Source of the DNA: Candidatus Jordarchaeales archaeon
GTDB taxonomy: Archaea > Asgardarchaeota > Jordiarchaeia > Jordiarchaeales > Freyrarchaeaceae
Assembly: GCA_038889235.1 (NCBI GenBank)
Contig: JAWAHN010000003.1
Location: 323,703 to 355,702 of the forward strand
Length of the DNA: 32,000 nucleotides
Reading direction: 5' to 3'
In this document: in pieces, positions 9,446-18,109 of the stretch
Layout of the letters: each line of letters begins with the position of its first letter
How positions within the stretch are numbered: position 1 is the stretch's first letter
Made by a program: the position numbers and the translations under genes
Notes under the pieces: generated by a model
Seen by the model: the letters and a program-made list of their open reading frames with translations, nothing else
What the model was told of the DNA's origin: nothing
Database searches by the model: none

Positions 9446-9724
9446 TCAACTTCTCATAAATTGTACCTTTCAGCCTTTTTCAGCTGGCGGCGTCCCCGCC
9501 CTCATATAACCGAAACCACATAAATCTTTCACAACTTGGTATAATTCTTCGCCAGATACGCCCAACACAAACACCTCTAACGGACGGCTACTCTTTCCGC
9601 ACAAATACCGTTAACATCAATAGAAAGGGGCGGCGATAGGAAAATCCTGAAAAACGAACTCAAGAAAAGTGCTTCCAGTTTGCTGAAAGTAGGTGTGTTG
9701 AGGGTGGAGGCTACTCATTTGTGG

Positions 9725-10204
9725 TTAGATTTCGAGCCATTCTTCAGCGGGATTTACGACCTTAACATTGTATTTTTTCCCGATAGTCAAGAAGTGTTTG
9801 TCCAGTGAGTAAACCACGTTAACGTAGTTTTTCACCGGGATAAAGCACAGGAAGTCCCACACGTGGATGCCAGTCTCCTTGCAGGCTTCAACAGACTCCT
9901 TTACGTGTCCTAGGCTCGTCGGGATTTTTACTATTCCGTCGTCTTCCATTATTCCCACAACGATTCTTAGGGCTTCATCTAGGGGAACCCTGTAGCCTCT
10001 AAAGGCGAGAACATGGAAGATCTCCGCAACCTGGTGCAAAGTCATATATATTCTGAGTTTTTCAAACTCGTCCTCGAAAAACCTTCTGCAAGACTCGTGA
10101 AGCCTGAAGGCCCTCTCGTAATCCTCCTTCGATCTAAACTTTTCCATGGCGGGTCTTTTCTTCGCTATGCTCCAGACCTCCGTATCGACGAAGGCCCTAA
10201 TCAA
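9725..10204 (-). CDS. vapC: PIN-domain ribonuclease toxin (VapC-like)
   Basis: Likely start is TTG 10204, overlapping the antitoxin stop (TTGATTAG). Acidic PIN residues occur in RAFVDTEVW, QVAEIF, HVWDFL and SLDKHF. Confidence 0.88.
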   Translation of the reverse strand: MIRAFVDTEVWSIAKKRPAMEKFRSKEDYERAFRLHESCRRFFEDEFEKLRIYMTLHQVAEIFHVLAFRGYRVPLDEALRIVVGIMEDDGIVKIPTSLGHVKESVEACKETGIHVWDFLCFIPVKNYVNVVYSLDKHFLTIGKKYNVKVVNPAEEWLEI

Positions 10205-10418
10205 TATCTTCTCCCTCATACTCTCTAAGGTCTTCAGGCTCCATGCCATCGACAGGCTTCAAAATAAGATCCTTAACACTTAACCCTCTCCGTCTTGACA
10301 GGTAATTCAGGAGAGCGTCGACGATCAGGTCCCTCATCGGTCTCCCCTCCTCAACAGCCCTCCTTTTAAGTTCCCTGTAAAGATCGTCCGGTAGAACAAT
10401 GGTTGTCTTCACACCCAT
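10197..10418 (-). CDS. vapB: Ribbon-helix-helix (CopG-like) antitoxin
   Basis: KTTIVLPDDLYRELKRRAVEEGRPMRDLIVDALLNYL is an RHH pattern, and the gene lies directly upstream of the PIN gene. Confidence 0.85.
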   Translation of the reverse strand: MGVKTTIVLPDDLYRELKRRAVEEGRPMRDLIVDALLNYLSRRRGLSVKDLILKPVDGMEPEDLREYEGEDID

Positions 10419-10436
10419 AGACCCACCACGTAAGCA

Positions 10437-10469
10437 TTACCGTAAAGACATATTTAAGGCTTACCGTAT
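10437..10469 (-). promoter_or_regulatory. Promoter/operator of the RHH-PIN operon: TTACCGTA repeats flanking a TATA-like box
   Basis: TTACCGTAA at 10437-10445 and TTACCGTAT at 10461-10469 flank 10451-10458, which reads CTTAAATA on minus. Confidence 0.5.
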
Positions 10470-10574
10470 TTATGGAAAATATGTGAACAAGGGCGCAGTG
10501 AGAATTTTCAACAGTCATGCAGGTCATACCCGTTTTTGAAGTCGGCTTTGAAAAAGTCCATTCCGGGCCTGATA

Positions 10575-10620
10575 GTAGTTTCTGTGCTTCCTTGCGTCGC
10601 CCACGAGAACCGTGCAGAAC
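10575..10620 (-). pseudogene. Short remnant of a second copy of the DNA methyltransferase
   Basis: FCTVLVGDARKHRNY matches FCVVFVDDTRKHKHY at 12362-12407, with 37 of 46 nt identical by manual alignment. Confidence 0.6.
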
Positions 10621-10837
10621 ATGCAACCCCTCGTTAGAGTCTTTTTGCTTGTGTAAGTGTCGGTGTGTTTGTGGGCCACCTTAGCGTAAATTTTTACAAT
10701 GATGGATTGGGTGCAGGTTGCCAGACAGGTGTCTGCCAACGTGGTGATATGAGCTCGCCAGCAGGGTTACAGGTTTATCTTCTCAGCAGGCTGGTGGTTA
10801 TAGCTTAGTGCTGGTTGGAAAGTTGGCTAAGTGCGCG

Positions 10838-11293
10838 CTATTCCAGTATTTCGTCTAGTTCGGATACGCGTATGATTGATACCTCTTTAATGTCTTCGAA
10901 GTGTTTTTCGTTGTCGAGTACTACTACGGGGGTTGGGCTTTCCTCTGAGAGACGTAGTGAGAGGGCTGCTGAGGAGAGGTCCCCCCACGGTTTTTCACCA
11001 TATTTGAGCTTTAGCATTCCGAGCTTAATTGTCGTTTCGGCGTCGTAGACCACGCTGAATGTGGCGTAGGCAGACCTGACCACCTGTTCCGGCTTCACGT
11101 TCCTGGCGGTGCCTTGCTTCTCCTTTATGATCCTGCTCATTACTTTATATGCTTCTGCAAGGTTGTTTGGGTGCATGTATATTCTAATTTCACCGTTCTC
11201 ATGCTTTAGGACGGCTTTCCTAACTTTATCGGAGCCGGCCTCGCTGGTGAATAGGAGTAGGAATGGTCCCGTATCGAAGACGAGCCTTTTCAC
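10838..11293 (-). CDS. vapC: PIN-domain toxin (VapC-like)
   Basis: RLVFDTGPF, NNLAEAY, WGDLSSAALS and VLDNEKHF are PIN motifs. The GTG start overlaps the antitoxin TGA (GTGA). Confidence 0.85.
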   Translation of the reverse strand: MKRLVFDTGPFLLLFTSEAGSDKVRKAVLKHENGEIRIYMHPNNLAEAYKVMSRIIKEKQGTARNVKPEQVVRSAYATFSVVYDAETTIKLGMLKLKYGEKPWGDLSSAALSLRLSEESPTPVVVLDNEKHFEDIKEVSIIRVSELDEILE

Positions 11294-11565
11294 CCAGAAC
11301 CCCGCCGAAGAAGCTCTTTCTCTCTTTGATCCTCGCCTCCTCCCTTCAACTCTTTTTCTCGCTCCTCAAGCAGGACTTTAGTGGCTTCCGCTCCTTCAAG
11401 GAAGCCGAAGAGCTCAGAGATTCGGGGGGTCCGCTCGATCAATAACCTAGTTTCATCGATGGGTCTAAAGGTGACCTCAACTCCCTCCCTGTAACCGTAC
11501 TTCTCCCTTATCTCCTTCGGTATAACCACTTGGCCCTTACGGGAGATCTTCGCCTTATACTCCAT
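11290..11565 (-). CDS. vapB: AbrB/MazE/SpoVT-family antitoxin
   Basis: MEYKAKISRKGQVVIPKEIREKYGYREG is a classic AbrB motif. ATG is at 11565 (ORF track start GTG 11574). Confidence 0.9.
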   Translation of the reverse strand: MEYKAKISRKGQVVIPKEIREKYGYREGVEVTFRPIDETRLLIERTPRISELFGFLEGAEATKVLLEEREKELKGGGEDQREKELLRRGSG

Positions 11566-11598
11566 AAACTTCACCCAGAAAACAATCAGTAAGGAGCC

Positions 11599-11633
11599 TC
11601 TAAAAATCTTACGTCTTACTTCTTACGGTAAGA
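11599..11633 (-). promoter_or_regulatory. Promoter/operator of the AbrB-PIN operon: three TCTTAC repeats at 7-bp period plus an inverted copy
   Basis: TCTTAC occurs at 11607, 11614 and 11621, and GTAAGA at 11628-11633 (palindrome TCTTAC-G-GTAAGA). A TATA-like TTTTTAGA lies on minus at 11599-11606. Confidence 0.55.
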
Positions 11634-12090
11634 CCATCTCTAACTAGTTTTACCATTAGAGGACTCGCCTGCTTAGGAAGCCTAACGTGTTTAACGCCTC
11701 TTAAGCAACCTCTCCGAGGCCTTCAGCGCAGAGGGCCACCGCTGAACGCAAGTAGGGCGATTACTACCTTTCCACCCCCTCGGCTTTTTCACACACTCTC
11801 CCGCCTACTCTAAAAGAGACCACTTAAGCAGCACCCTTTCCCAATGCCATACATTTCCAGATGATCAGATGTGCTCATCGGGCGAGCAGCCACATCGACG
11901 TGGTTTTTCACTGGAGTGATGCGGATAAGCCCATACGTGGGTGAGGTCTCCCTAAATGCCTGAACTATTTTTGGTTTGGCTCAGCTGTGCTTCTGCTTGC
12001 GTTTCATGGCTACGTGAGCCGTATTTAGGTTGTAGCTCTTGACGTATTTGAGCCAAAATAATGGCGACGCGACAGGCTGCAACAATCATC

Positions 12091-12920
12091 CACCACCACT
12101 TCATGCTTAACTTGTAGTTATGAGGGTTTTCGTCTTTTCCTAGCTTCCGGAAGACGAAGAGGTATTCGTGGTGTATTTAGGAGGAAGTCCGGTGGCGTTC
12201 CCCCTCTGGCCTTTCAGTCCAATACTCGTTGGCGGTCTTAGCTGGACCAAACCCACTTCTCCCTACTCTTCTTGACGTTCCACTAGCACTTTATGATGTC
12301 TTCTTGGAGGATGAAGCCTGCGTCTAGGAACTGTTGCATCACACTGAATTATACCCGGGACGTAGTGTTTGTGCTTCCTCGTGTCGTCCACGAAGACCAC
12401 GCAGAACCTTCCAGGTTTGAGGACTCTGAAGCTCCTCAGCTGCCTCCCGCACCCCCTTAAGATACTCCTCTAGGTTGTAAACTTGGGAGAGGGCACCTCA
12501 ATCTCCTTCTGCTTGGAGTATGGAATTATGTTTGCGTAGGGAGGATGTGTGGCTATTAAGTCGACGGATTCATCCTCTACTAGGTTGAGGTTTCGTGCGT
12601 CACCATGGTTAAACACTGAATTTGGCTCCTCCCAGTCTGAGCCGATGAGACTACGGTTAAGGTTCAACACGTCAGATGCCAGGGTGCACGCCTCGTAGCT
12701 TATGTCTACGCCGATCGCGTTTCTGCCCAAGAGCTTACACTCGACCAGAGTTGTTCCTCCACCACCATCTACAAGGACAAGCTCGCTGGACTTACTGTAG
12801 CGGAGTATAAGGCAACTTCGGTGGACCAGTTCCCACGGTAATCTCCCTTTTATATGTGGCCCAGTCCCCCTTTATCCGGAAAGCTCCAACATGGGTTTCA
12901 AAGCTGAAATTTTCGGGCCG
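12091..12920 (-). pseudogene. Site-specific DNA (N4-C/N6-A) methyltransferase / TRM11-like SAM-dependent methyltransferase, multiply frameshifted
   Basis: Fragments lie across frames: WSFPDKGDWAT, DYRGNWS, GGGTTLVECKLLGRNAIGVDI, HGDARNL...DLIATHPPYANII, RVLKPGRFC...DTRKHKHY, FLDAGFILQEDIIK, HEYLFVFRK. Confidence 0.88.
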
Positions 12921-13211
12921 ACACCCTGAAAATCATGATTTTAATTAGCACAGGCATGAATACTCGACGGACATTAATGGCGTGTTCGAAGTGTATTCCT
13001 TAGAGGTTGGCTGCACCTTCACACCCCCTGTTGAAGCTTAAAATCTCGATAAGAGATGTTCCGCAAGGGCTTCTGCCGCTTCCAAATCTCGTCGGCGGTT
13101 TCCGAAAGTAGCGAGAAACTTAGAGTAAAAACTTGGGAAAAGGTAATTTCTAAGTGCCGACAATAAGTTTTTGATAACTTGTCTCGGGAGGGAAAGGGTA
13201 TAGCTTTGTCT

Positions 13212-14384
13212 ATGAATGATATTGAGAGGTTGAGGGACGACATTGGCCCCGAGTACGTTATTCAGATGTATGATCCTGTTTCGCGCATGCGTGCGGTCGT
13301 GGTCATTGATACCGCTGTTTTTGGAGTCGCTGCCGGCGGCATCAGGATGCTCCCAGACATAACTACCGAGGAGATCATCCACCTGGCTAGGGCGATGACC
13401 TACAAGTTCGCTATTCTTGATATCCCCGTTGGAGGCGCTAAATCCGGGATATTTGCTGACCCATCCTCTCCTGACAGAGACAGAATAATTGACTCATACG
13501 GGCGCCACATCACACCCTTCCTTAAGCAGTTGATGTATATCCCCGGCGCCGACATGGGAACCTCTGACAGGGATGTTGCAAGGATATACGAGGTTGCAGG
13601 GGTAAAGGAGTTGGCCCCCAGCGGGCTGACGCTCAGGGAGAAGGAGGGTATGCCGCTTGAAGACCACTTGACAGGCTACGGAGTGGTGGTAGCTGCTAAA
13701 ACAGCGTGCGAGCTTATTAGCCTAAGCATTAATGGGGCAACAGTGGCCATCGAGGGGTTCGGCAAAGTTGGAGGGGGAGTGGCACGCTACATGGCTAGGT
13801 CGGGGGCAAAAGTTGTCGCGGTATCCACAATTGAGGGCGCCGTGTACAACCCTGACGGCTTAGACGTCGAGAAAATGCTCGAGATGAGGAAGAAGCTGGG
13901 AGACAAAGTCGTCCTCGAATATGAGAATGGAGAGCACATAGGGAGGGAGGAGCTTTTCACCCTTCCAGTCGACATCCTCGTTCCTGGAGCTAGGCCTTAC
14001 GTTATCAACAAGGGCAACGCGGACAAAATCCAAGCGAAGCTAATAGCTCCTGGGGCAAATATCCCGGTAACAGACGAAGCCGATGAAATTCTGTTGCAGA
14101 GGGGTGTGGTCGTCTTGCCGGACTTCGTCGCAAACTCTGGAGGCGTAATCGCCGCTACACTGGACAGGATGAGCGCCACAGAGGAGAAGGCGTTCAAGGT
14201 CGTTGAAGAGAAAATATCCTCCCTAACCAGGGAGGTCCTATCCAAAGCCCTGAAGGAAAATATGTCGCCCACAAAGTTGGCCAAGGAAATGGCGTTAGAA
14301 AAAGTCAGGAGAGCCATAAAAGATAGGAGACAGCTTCAGGCAGAAGAACTCGAGAGGATAGTTAGAAAGAAAATCGAAGTGTAA
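13212..14384 (+). CDS. Glu/Leu/Phe/Val amino-acid dehydrogenase family protein
   Basis: GGIRM, MTYKFA, VGGAKSGI, DMGT, EGFGKVG and PDFVANSGGV are family motifs. Likely start is ATG 13212 (track start 13179). Confidence 0.92.
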   Translation: MNDIERLRDDIGPEYVIQMYDPVSRMRAVVVIDTAVFGVAAGGIRMLPDITTEEIIHLARAMTYKFAILDIPVGGAKSGIFADPSSPDRDRIIDSYGRHITPFLKQLMYIPGADMGTSDRDVARIYEVAGVKELAPSGLTLREKEGMPLEDHLTGYGVVVAAKTACELISLSINGATVAIEGFGKVGGGVARYMARSGAKVVAVSTIEGAVYNPDGLDVEKMLEMRKKLGDKVVLEYENGEHIGREELFTLPVDILVPGARPYVINKGNADKIQAKLIAPGANIPVTDEADEILLQRGVVVLPDFVANSGGVIAATLDRMSATEEKAFKVVEEKISSLTREVLSKALKENMSPTKLAKEMALEKVRRAIKDRRQLQAEELERIVRKKIEV

Positions 14385-14850
14385 ACGCGTCCTAACACCC
14401 CTAAACCCCGTTCCACACGCAAGTAGCCACGGTCTACGTCCCCGACGGCTCCTCGACGGAAGGCGATTCAACCAAGAACTGCTCCGTCAAATTAATACTT
14501 CCGATAGTGGGGTGTTCGCGCTCAGAAGTATCTTGAGAACCCCGTTTGCGGTATTAACTGCTCCAGTTAGCTTTTCTTTGAAGTGCTCCGAGTTCACCGT
14601 TAACGGCATAAGCAACCTTTCCCGGACACAGACCTACTAGTCACACTAAGCGCGGGCTGAAGGAGGGCAACGCCTCTTTAAATGGTAGGCACTTGGAGTA
14701 CGGTTGTTTGTCCGGGCCTCACACGCTAGGCGCGTTTTAAGCAGTAAAAGTCTCGTAGAAGCTGCATCGAAACATGCAAAGAATAGGCGGCGCTATACAG
14801 ATGTGCGCCGCCGTCCTTTCAGGTATGCGTTTCCCCCCGGGGTCGCTGAG

Positions 14851-15813
14851 CTAACCCCTGCCGGCTTTAACTACCCTTCTTTGGAGCCACGAAGTGTACC
14901 TTCCGGGGGCTACCGCACCTAAGTACAACAGCACTACTGCTGTTACCATGAACACGAAGCCGGCTAACAGAAGCACGGTTAAGCCGCCCAGCAAGGTGTC
15001 AAGGACGTTGAAGAGGAAGAATACCAGCAGCATAACGAAACCTAGAGCAATAGTTTTGAGCCTAGCTGCCTTAATGCGGTCTTTCTCGTCTGAAGCCTTA
15101 CCACGCAGGAAGACTATCACCTGGATTATCGCGACCAGGTTGACGAGCAGCAGTAAGCCGTCCGAAATAAGCCCTATGTCTGGGTGTAGTTGTATGCTGA
15201 GTTCTGGGAGGGGGTCTAGTGCTCCGAGCACTCCTGCCTTCAGCTGCATGTCCAGCAAGCTAAACCTCGGAGCGTACGCTCCAAACCAGTTCATGGGGGA
15301 TACCGTTACGAGTAGGAGTATTGATAGTGGTGTGAGTACTGTTGCTTCTCTTTTGATTCCTGGGTCTTTTTGCTCAGCCATCCAGTGGCCGAACTTGAGC
15401 ATGAAGTAAGGAGCTATGCCTGCAAAAGCCACAGCCAAAGGGGCCCAGTGGGAGAAGGCGGGCGAGTGCCAGGAAAACGGGTTAAACGACATTCCTGTGG
15501 CTATGAAGGATCCTAGCCCGATAGAGGTGGCTGCGGCTCCCAGCGCGTAGAATGCTAGTGCTAGGGCGAAGTACTCTATTACGCGTCTCCCCACCCCAAC
15601 AAGCGGCCTTGAAGCCCTGTAGGCAGAAAGTGCAAGGACAGCTGCCACTGCAGCTGTTGCGCCATAGGTGATACAGAAAATCCATAACTTTGGATCGGCA
15701 ATAGATGGTATGGCTCCGAGAGCAATCTCTGTGGGAACAGTGTAGGCAGTGTAGGCGACCGCGAGAGCGAGGACGACTGCTGTGAACAGTACAGTGTAAC
15801 CTTTCGGCGTCAC
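14851..15813 (-). CDS. 8-TM receptor-like membrane protein, paralogue A
   Basis: 320 aa with eight hydrophobic helices, basic cytoplasmic loops and the tail LYLGAVAPGRYTSWLQRR. It aligns end to end with 18110..19063. Confidence 0.85.
   Translation of the reverse strand: MTPKGYTVLFTAVVLALAVAYTAYTVPTEIALGAIPSIADPKLWIFCITYGATAAVAAVLALSAYRASRPLVGVGRRVIEYFALALAFYALGAAATSIGLGSFIATGMSFNPFSWHSPAFSHWAPLAVAFAGIAPYFMLKFGHWMAEQKDPGIKREATVLTPLSILLLVTVSPMNWFGAYAPRFSLLDMQLKAGVLGALDPLPELSIQLHPDIGLISDGLLLLVNLVAIIQVIVFLRGKASDEKDRIKAARLKTIALGFVMLLVFFLFNVLDTLLGGLTVLLLAGFVFMVTAVVLLYLGAVAPGRYTSWLQRRVVKAGRG
15178..15292 (-). repeat. Inverted repeat block 3, 115 bp, identical to 18631..18745
   Basis: Direct base-by-base comparison: gaactggttt...cacccagac. 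Confidence 0.95.
15313..15422 (-). repeat. Inverted repeat block 2, 110 bp, identical to 18501..18610
   Basis: Direct comparison: caggcatagc...aatactccta. Confidence 0.95.
15526..15592 (-). repeat. Inverted repeat block 1, 67 bp, identical to 18331..18397
   Basis: Direct comparison: ggggagacgc...gcagccacc. Confidence 0.95.
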
Positions 15814-16097
15814 AATCTCTCACCTAATAGTTTACGTAAGAGGGGAGGATGCATAAAAAGCCTCCTTTTTCTGATGCGTGTAAACCCCGGGGAGAAGAGG
15901 GCTGTCCCGGGTTTCACGCGAACACAAACTCTATTTGGCACCGGGTACCAGCCAGGACGCTTTAAACCATTCGATATATATTTATCAAGACATTTTCTAG
16001 AGATTTCTATATACAATGCTTCTACGAGATGAGTGTCGAGTCGAGTTAGCGGAGTCCGAGGAAGAATAGAGACTTTAGAAACAGCGTGGTGGTTGCG

Positions 16098-17996
16098 ATG
16101 ATAATAGGGTACATGTTGCTTAGCGCTGGGGGAATACCGGTAGTTACTAGCAGTGCTATGGATATGATGGGGGATATGGAGTCCCTGTTCGCGGGAGCTA
16201 TGACCGCCATAAATAGTATAATAGCGGAGGTCATGAAGACTAGGGTTAGGTATGTGAGGACGGAAAAATACCACCTGTACTTCAGCTACTCTAGTGAGTT
16301 GACACTTGTGCTCATCTCTGAGGTTGAGGAACCCAGGCTGCATCAACTGGCTGACGCCGCGCTGAGCGAGGTGTTAAGGACGATCGATGACCCTTCAAGG
16401 CTCGCGTACGACTCTGACGCACAGAACTTCGTAAGCAAGGTGATCAGGGAGGTCCTCGCTAAGCGTCTACCTCCAATATCGGTCATAAGCAAGGTTGCAG
16501 ATATGCTAGCCGCATTATCAGATAGTATTAGAGGAGGCATGAAGCTAGGTCTGGGCAAAATAATTTTCATTCCAAGGGAGTTGAAAGTGGAAAAGGTGGA
16601 GGTGAAGGCTAAGGGGAAGGGGGACATCAAAAAACTCGTCGAACTGTTCTTGAACGGGGACTTAGAGAGCGTCGTCGAGGAGGCGCCGGCGTTTTTCGAG
16701 TCGGATCTGGCGAGGATCCTCTACGCTAAGGCTGCCTTAAAGATAAACTCTTTTCCGCCAGAGGTGAAGGCCCCGTCTCTAGATAGGGTCTACTCCGTTA
16801 TACTAAGCGTGAAGGACGACTTGGCAAGGTCTCTTCTCGCGGCGGAGCTGAGGAGGTTCCTAGAGGCGGGAACATACTATGAGAGAGAGAAACTGATTGA
16901 GGAAAAACTCTTCGAGCTAAGTGAGAAATTTAAGTTGGACTACGAGGGCGCCGGAGCGGTTTACATAGCCCTAACGTTGCCGGCGGGGAGAAGGGAGCTG
17001 CTAGAACTGGCTGAGCAGCTCATCGGAGAGCAATACCAGTATTTCAGGCAAATTTTGAAGACTACTCCCTCACTTCTGAAGTCATCCATCCTGAGTATAG
17101 GGGAGACAGAGGGGTGGAGCGCCGCTGTCGGTAGAGTGAAGTACGAGTCAAAGAGAGTGACACCGGGGCCGGTGGAGGCATCCTACAACTACCTCCTAGC
17201 CTTTCAGCTCGCCATACTATGTGGCTTAGTTGAGGGGGGCTTGGACTTCGAAGCCGGCCGCGAACTGCTCAGCGACGCCATAAGGGAAGCTGAGAAGAAG
17301 TATGATTCTCTAAGAAAGCTGTCTAAAAACGTTCCCAGCGACGTGCTGGCGGCAAACTACTGGTTCACCTATAACGCTCTCACGGGCATACTGATGTTCA
17401 CTCTTCCCGCCGAAGATATAGAGAAGGAGATGTTAAAGTATGGGGAGAGGATAGCTGAAGTAGTAAGCTGGCTTATGGATGCAGCTAAGAGGAACAGGAT
17501 TTCAGTGGACATGTACATCTTGGCAATGGCTGGGATGCTAGCGGCATACTCGCGACTGATGTTCCTCCTAGGGACCCCGATCCCGGACCTTCCATACTAC
17601 GTTAAGCAGTTAGCCATCCCCGAGCTGGAACGCATATGGGACTACTCCCCCCACCACTACCTACACTTGGTCATGGACTGCCTTGAAGCATTAGGCCACA
17701 CGGCAAGCTTCCTACCCATGGAAACAGCGAGGAAAAACATACTAAAGGAAATAGCAGCAAACCTGGAGGAAATATACAAGACAGCCAGTCACACGCCTGT
17801 AATGTCTATTCTCGCAGCTCTAAGCGCCACAAGGTTTTACGTCCTATGCGGAGACGAAGAGGCAAAAGAGAAAGCAAGAAAGCTTGCGGAAAAAATCTCG
17901 GAGGTAAACGAGTTCTTCGCCTCACTTGTTGAAAAAACCATAAACATAGATAAAGCCCTGAGGAGGAAGCCGTCCCCATACGACGTGTTTGTATAG
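16098..17996 (+). CDS. N-terminal longin/roadblock-like domain protein with a long alpha-helical (solenoid-like) C-terminal region
   Basis: The N-terminus follows the longin beta-beta-alpha-beta-beta-beta-alpha order: IIGYMLLS-AGGIPVV / SLFAGAMTAINSIIAEV / VRYVRT-YHLYFSY-LTLVLIS / RLHQLADAALSEV. The remaining ~520 aa are amphipathic helices. Start is ATG 16098 or GTG 16086. Confidence 0.75.
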   Translation: MIIGYMLLSAGGIPVVTSSAMDMMGDMESLFAGAMTAINSIIAEVMKTRVRYVRTEKYHLYFSYSSELTLVLISEVEEPRLHQLADAALSEVLRTIDDPSRLAYDSDAQNFVSKVIREVLAKRLPPISVISKVADMLAALSDSIRGGMKLGLGKIIFIPRELKVEKVEVKAKGKGDIKKLVELFLNGDLESVVEEAPAFFESDLARILYAKAALKINSFPPEVKAPSLDRVYSVILSVKDDLARSLLAAELRRFLEAGTYYEREKLIEEKLFELSEKFKLDYEGAGAVYIALTLPAGRRELLELAEQLIGEQYQYFRQILKTTPSLLKSSILSIGETEGWSAAVGRVKYESKRVTPGPVEASYNYLLAFQLAILCGLVEGGLDFEAGRELLSDAIREAEKKYDSLRKLSKNVPSDVLAANYWFTYNALTGILMFTLPAEDIEKEMLKYGERIAEVVSWLMDAAKRNRISVDMYILAMAGMLAAYSRLMFLLGTPIPDLPYYVKQLAIPELERIWDYSPHHYLHLVMDCLEALGHTASFLPMETARKNILKEIAANLEEIYKTASHTPVMSILAALSATRFYVLCGDEEAKEKARKLAEKISEVNEFFASLVEKTINIDKALRRKPSPYDVFV

Positions 17997-18109
17997 GCAG
18001 GAAATCCTCTCTTCGAGAGAGCAACGCAGCCGGGTGAAAGAACGTCTCAAATAAAACTATATAGACGCCGGCTTTTTTGTAAAGGTGAGTTGAGTGTGGA
18101 GGAGTTGTT

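Noticed and set aside
12960-13170. Minus-strand fragment DLEAAEALAEHLLSRF, possible regulator remnant upstream of the dehydrogenase
   Set aside because: Too short, with no DNA-binding motif recoverable.
14786-14812. GC-rich hairpin GGCGGCGC-N11-GCGCCGCC downstream of paralogue A
   Set aside because: A single 8-bp stem with no clear U-tract. Archaeal termination does not need hairpins, so the evidence is too weak.
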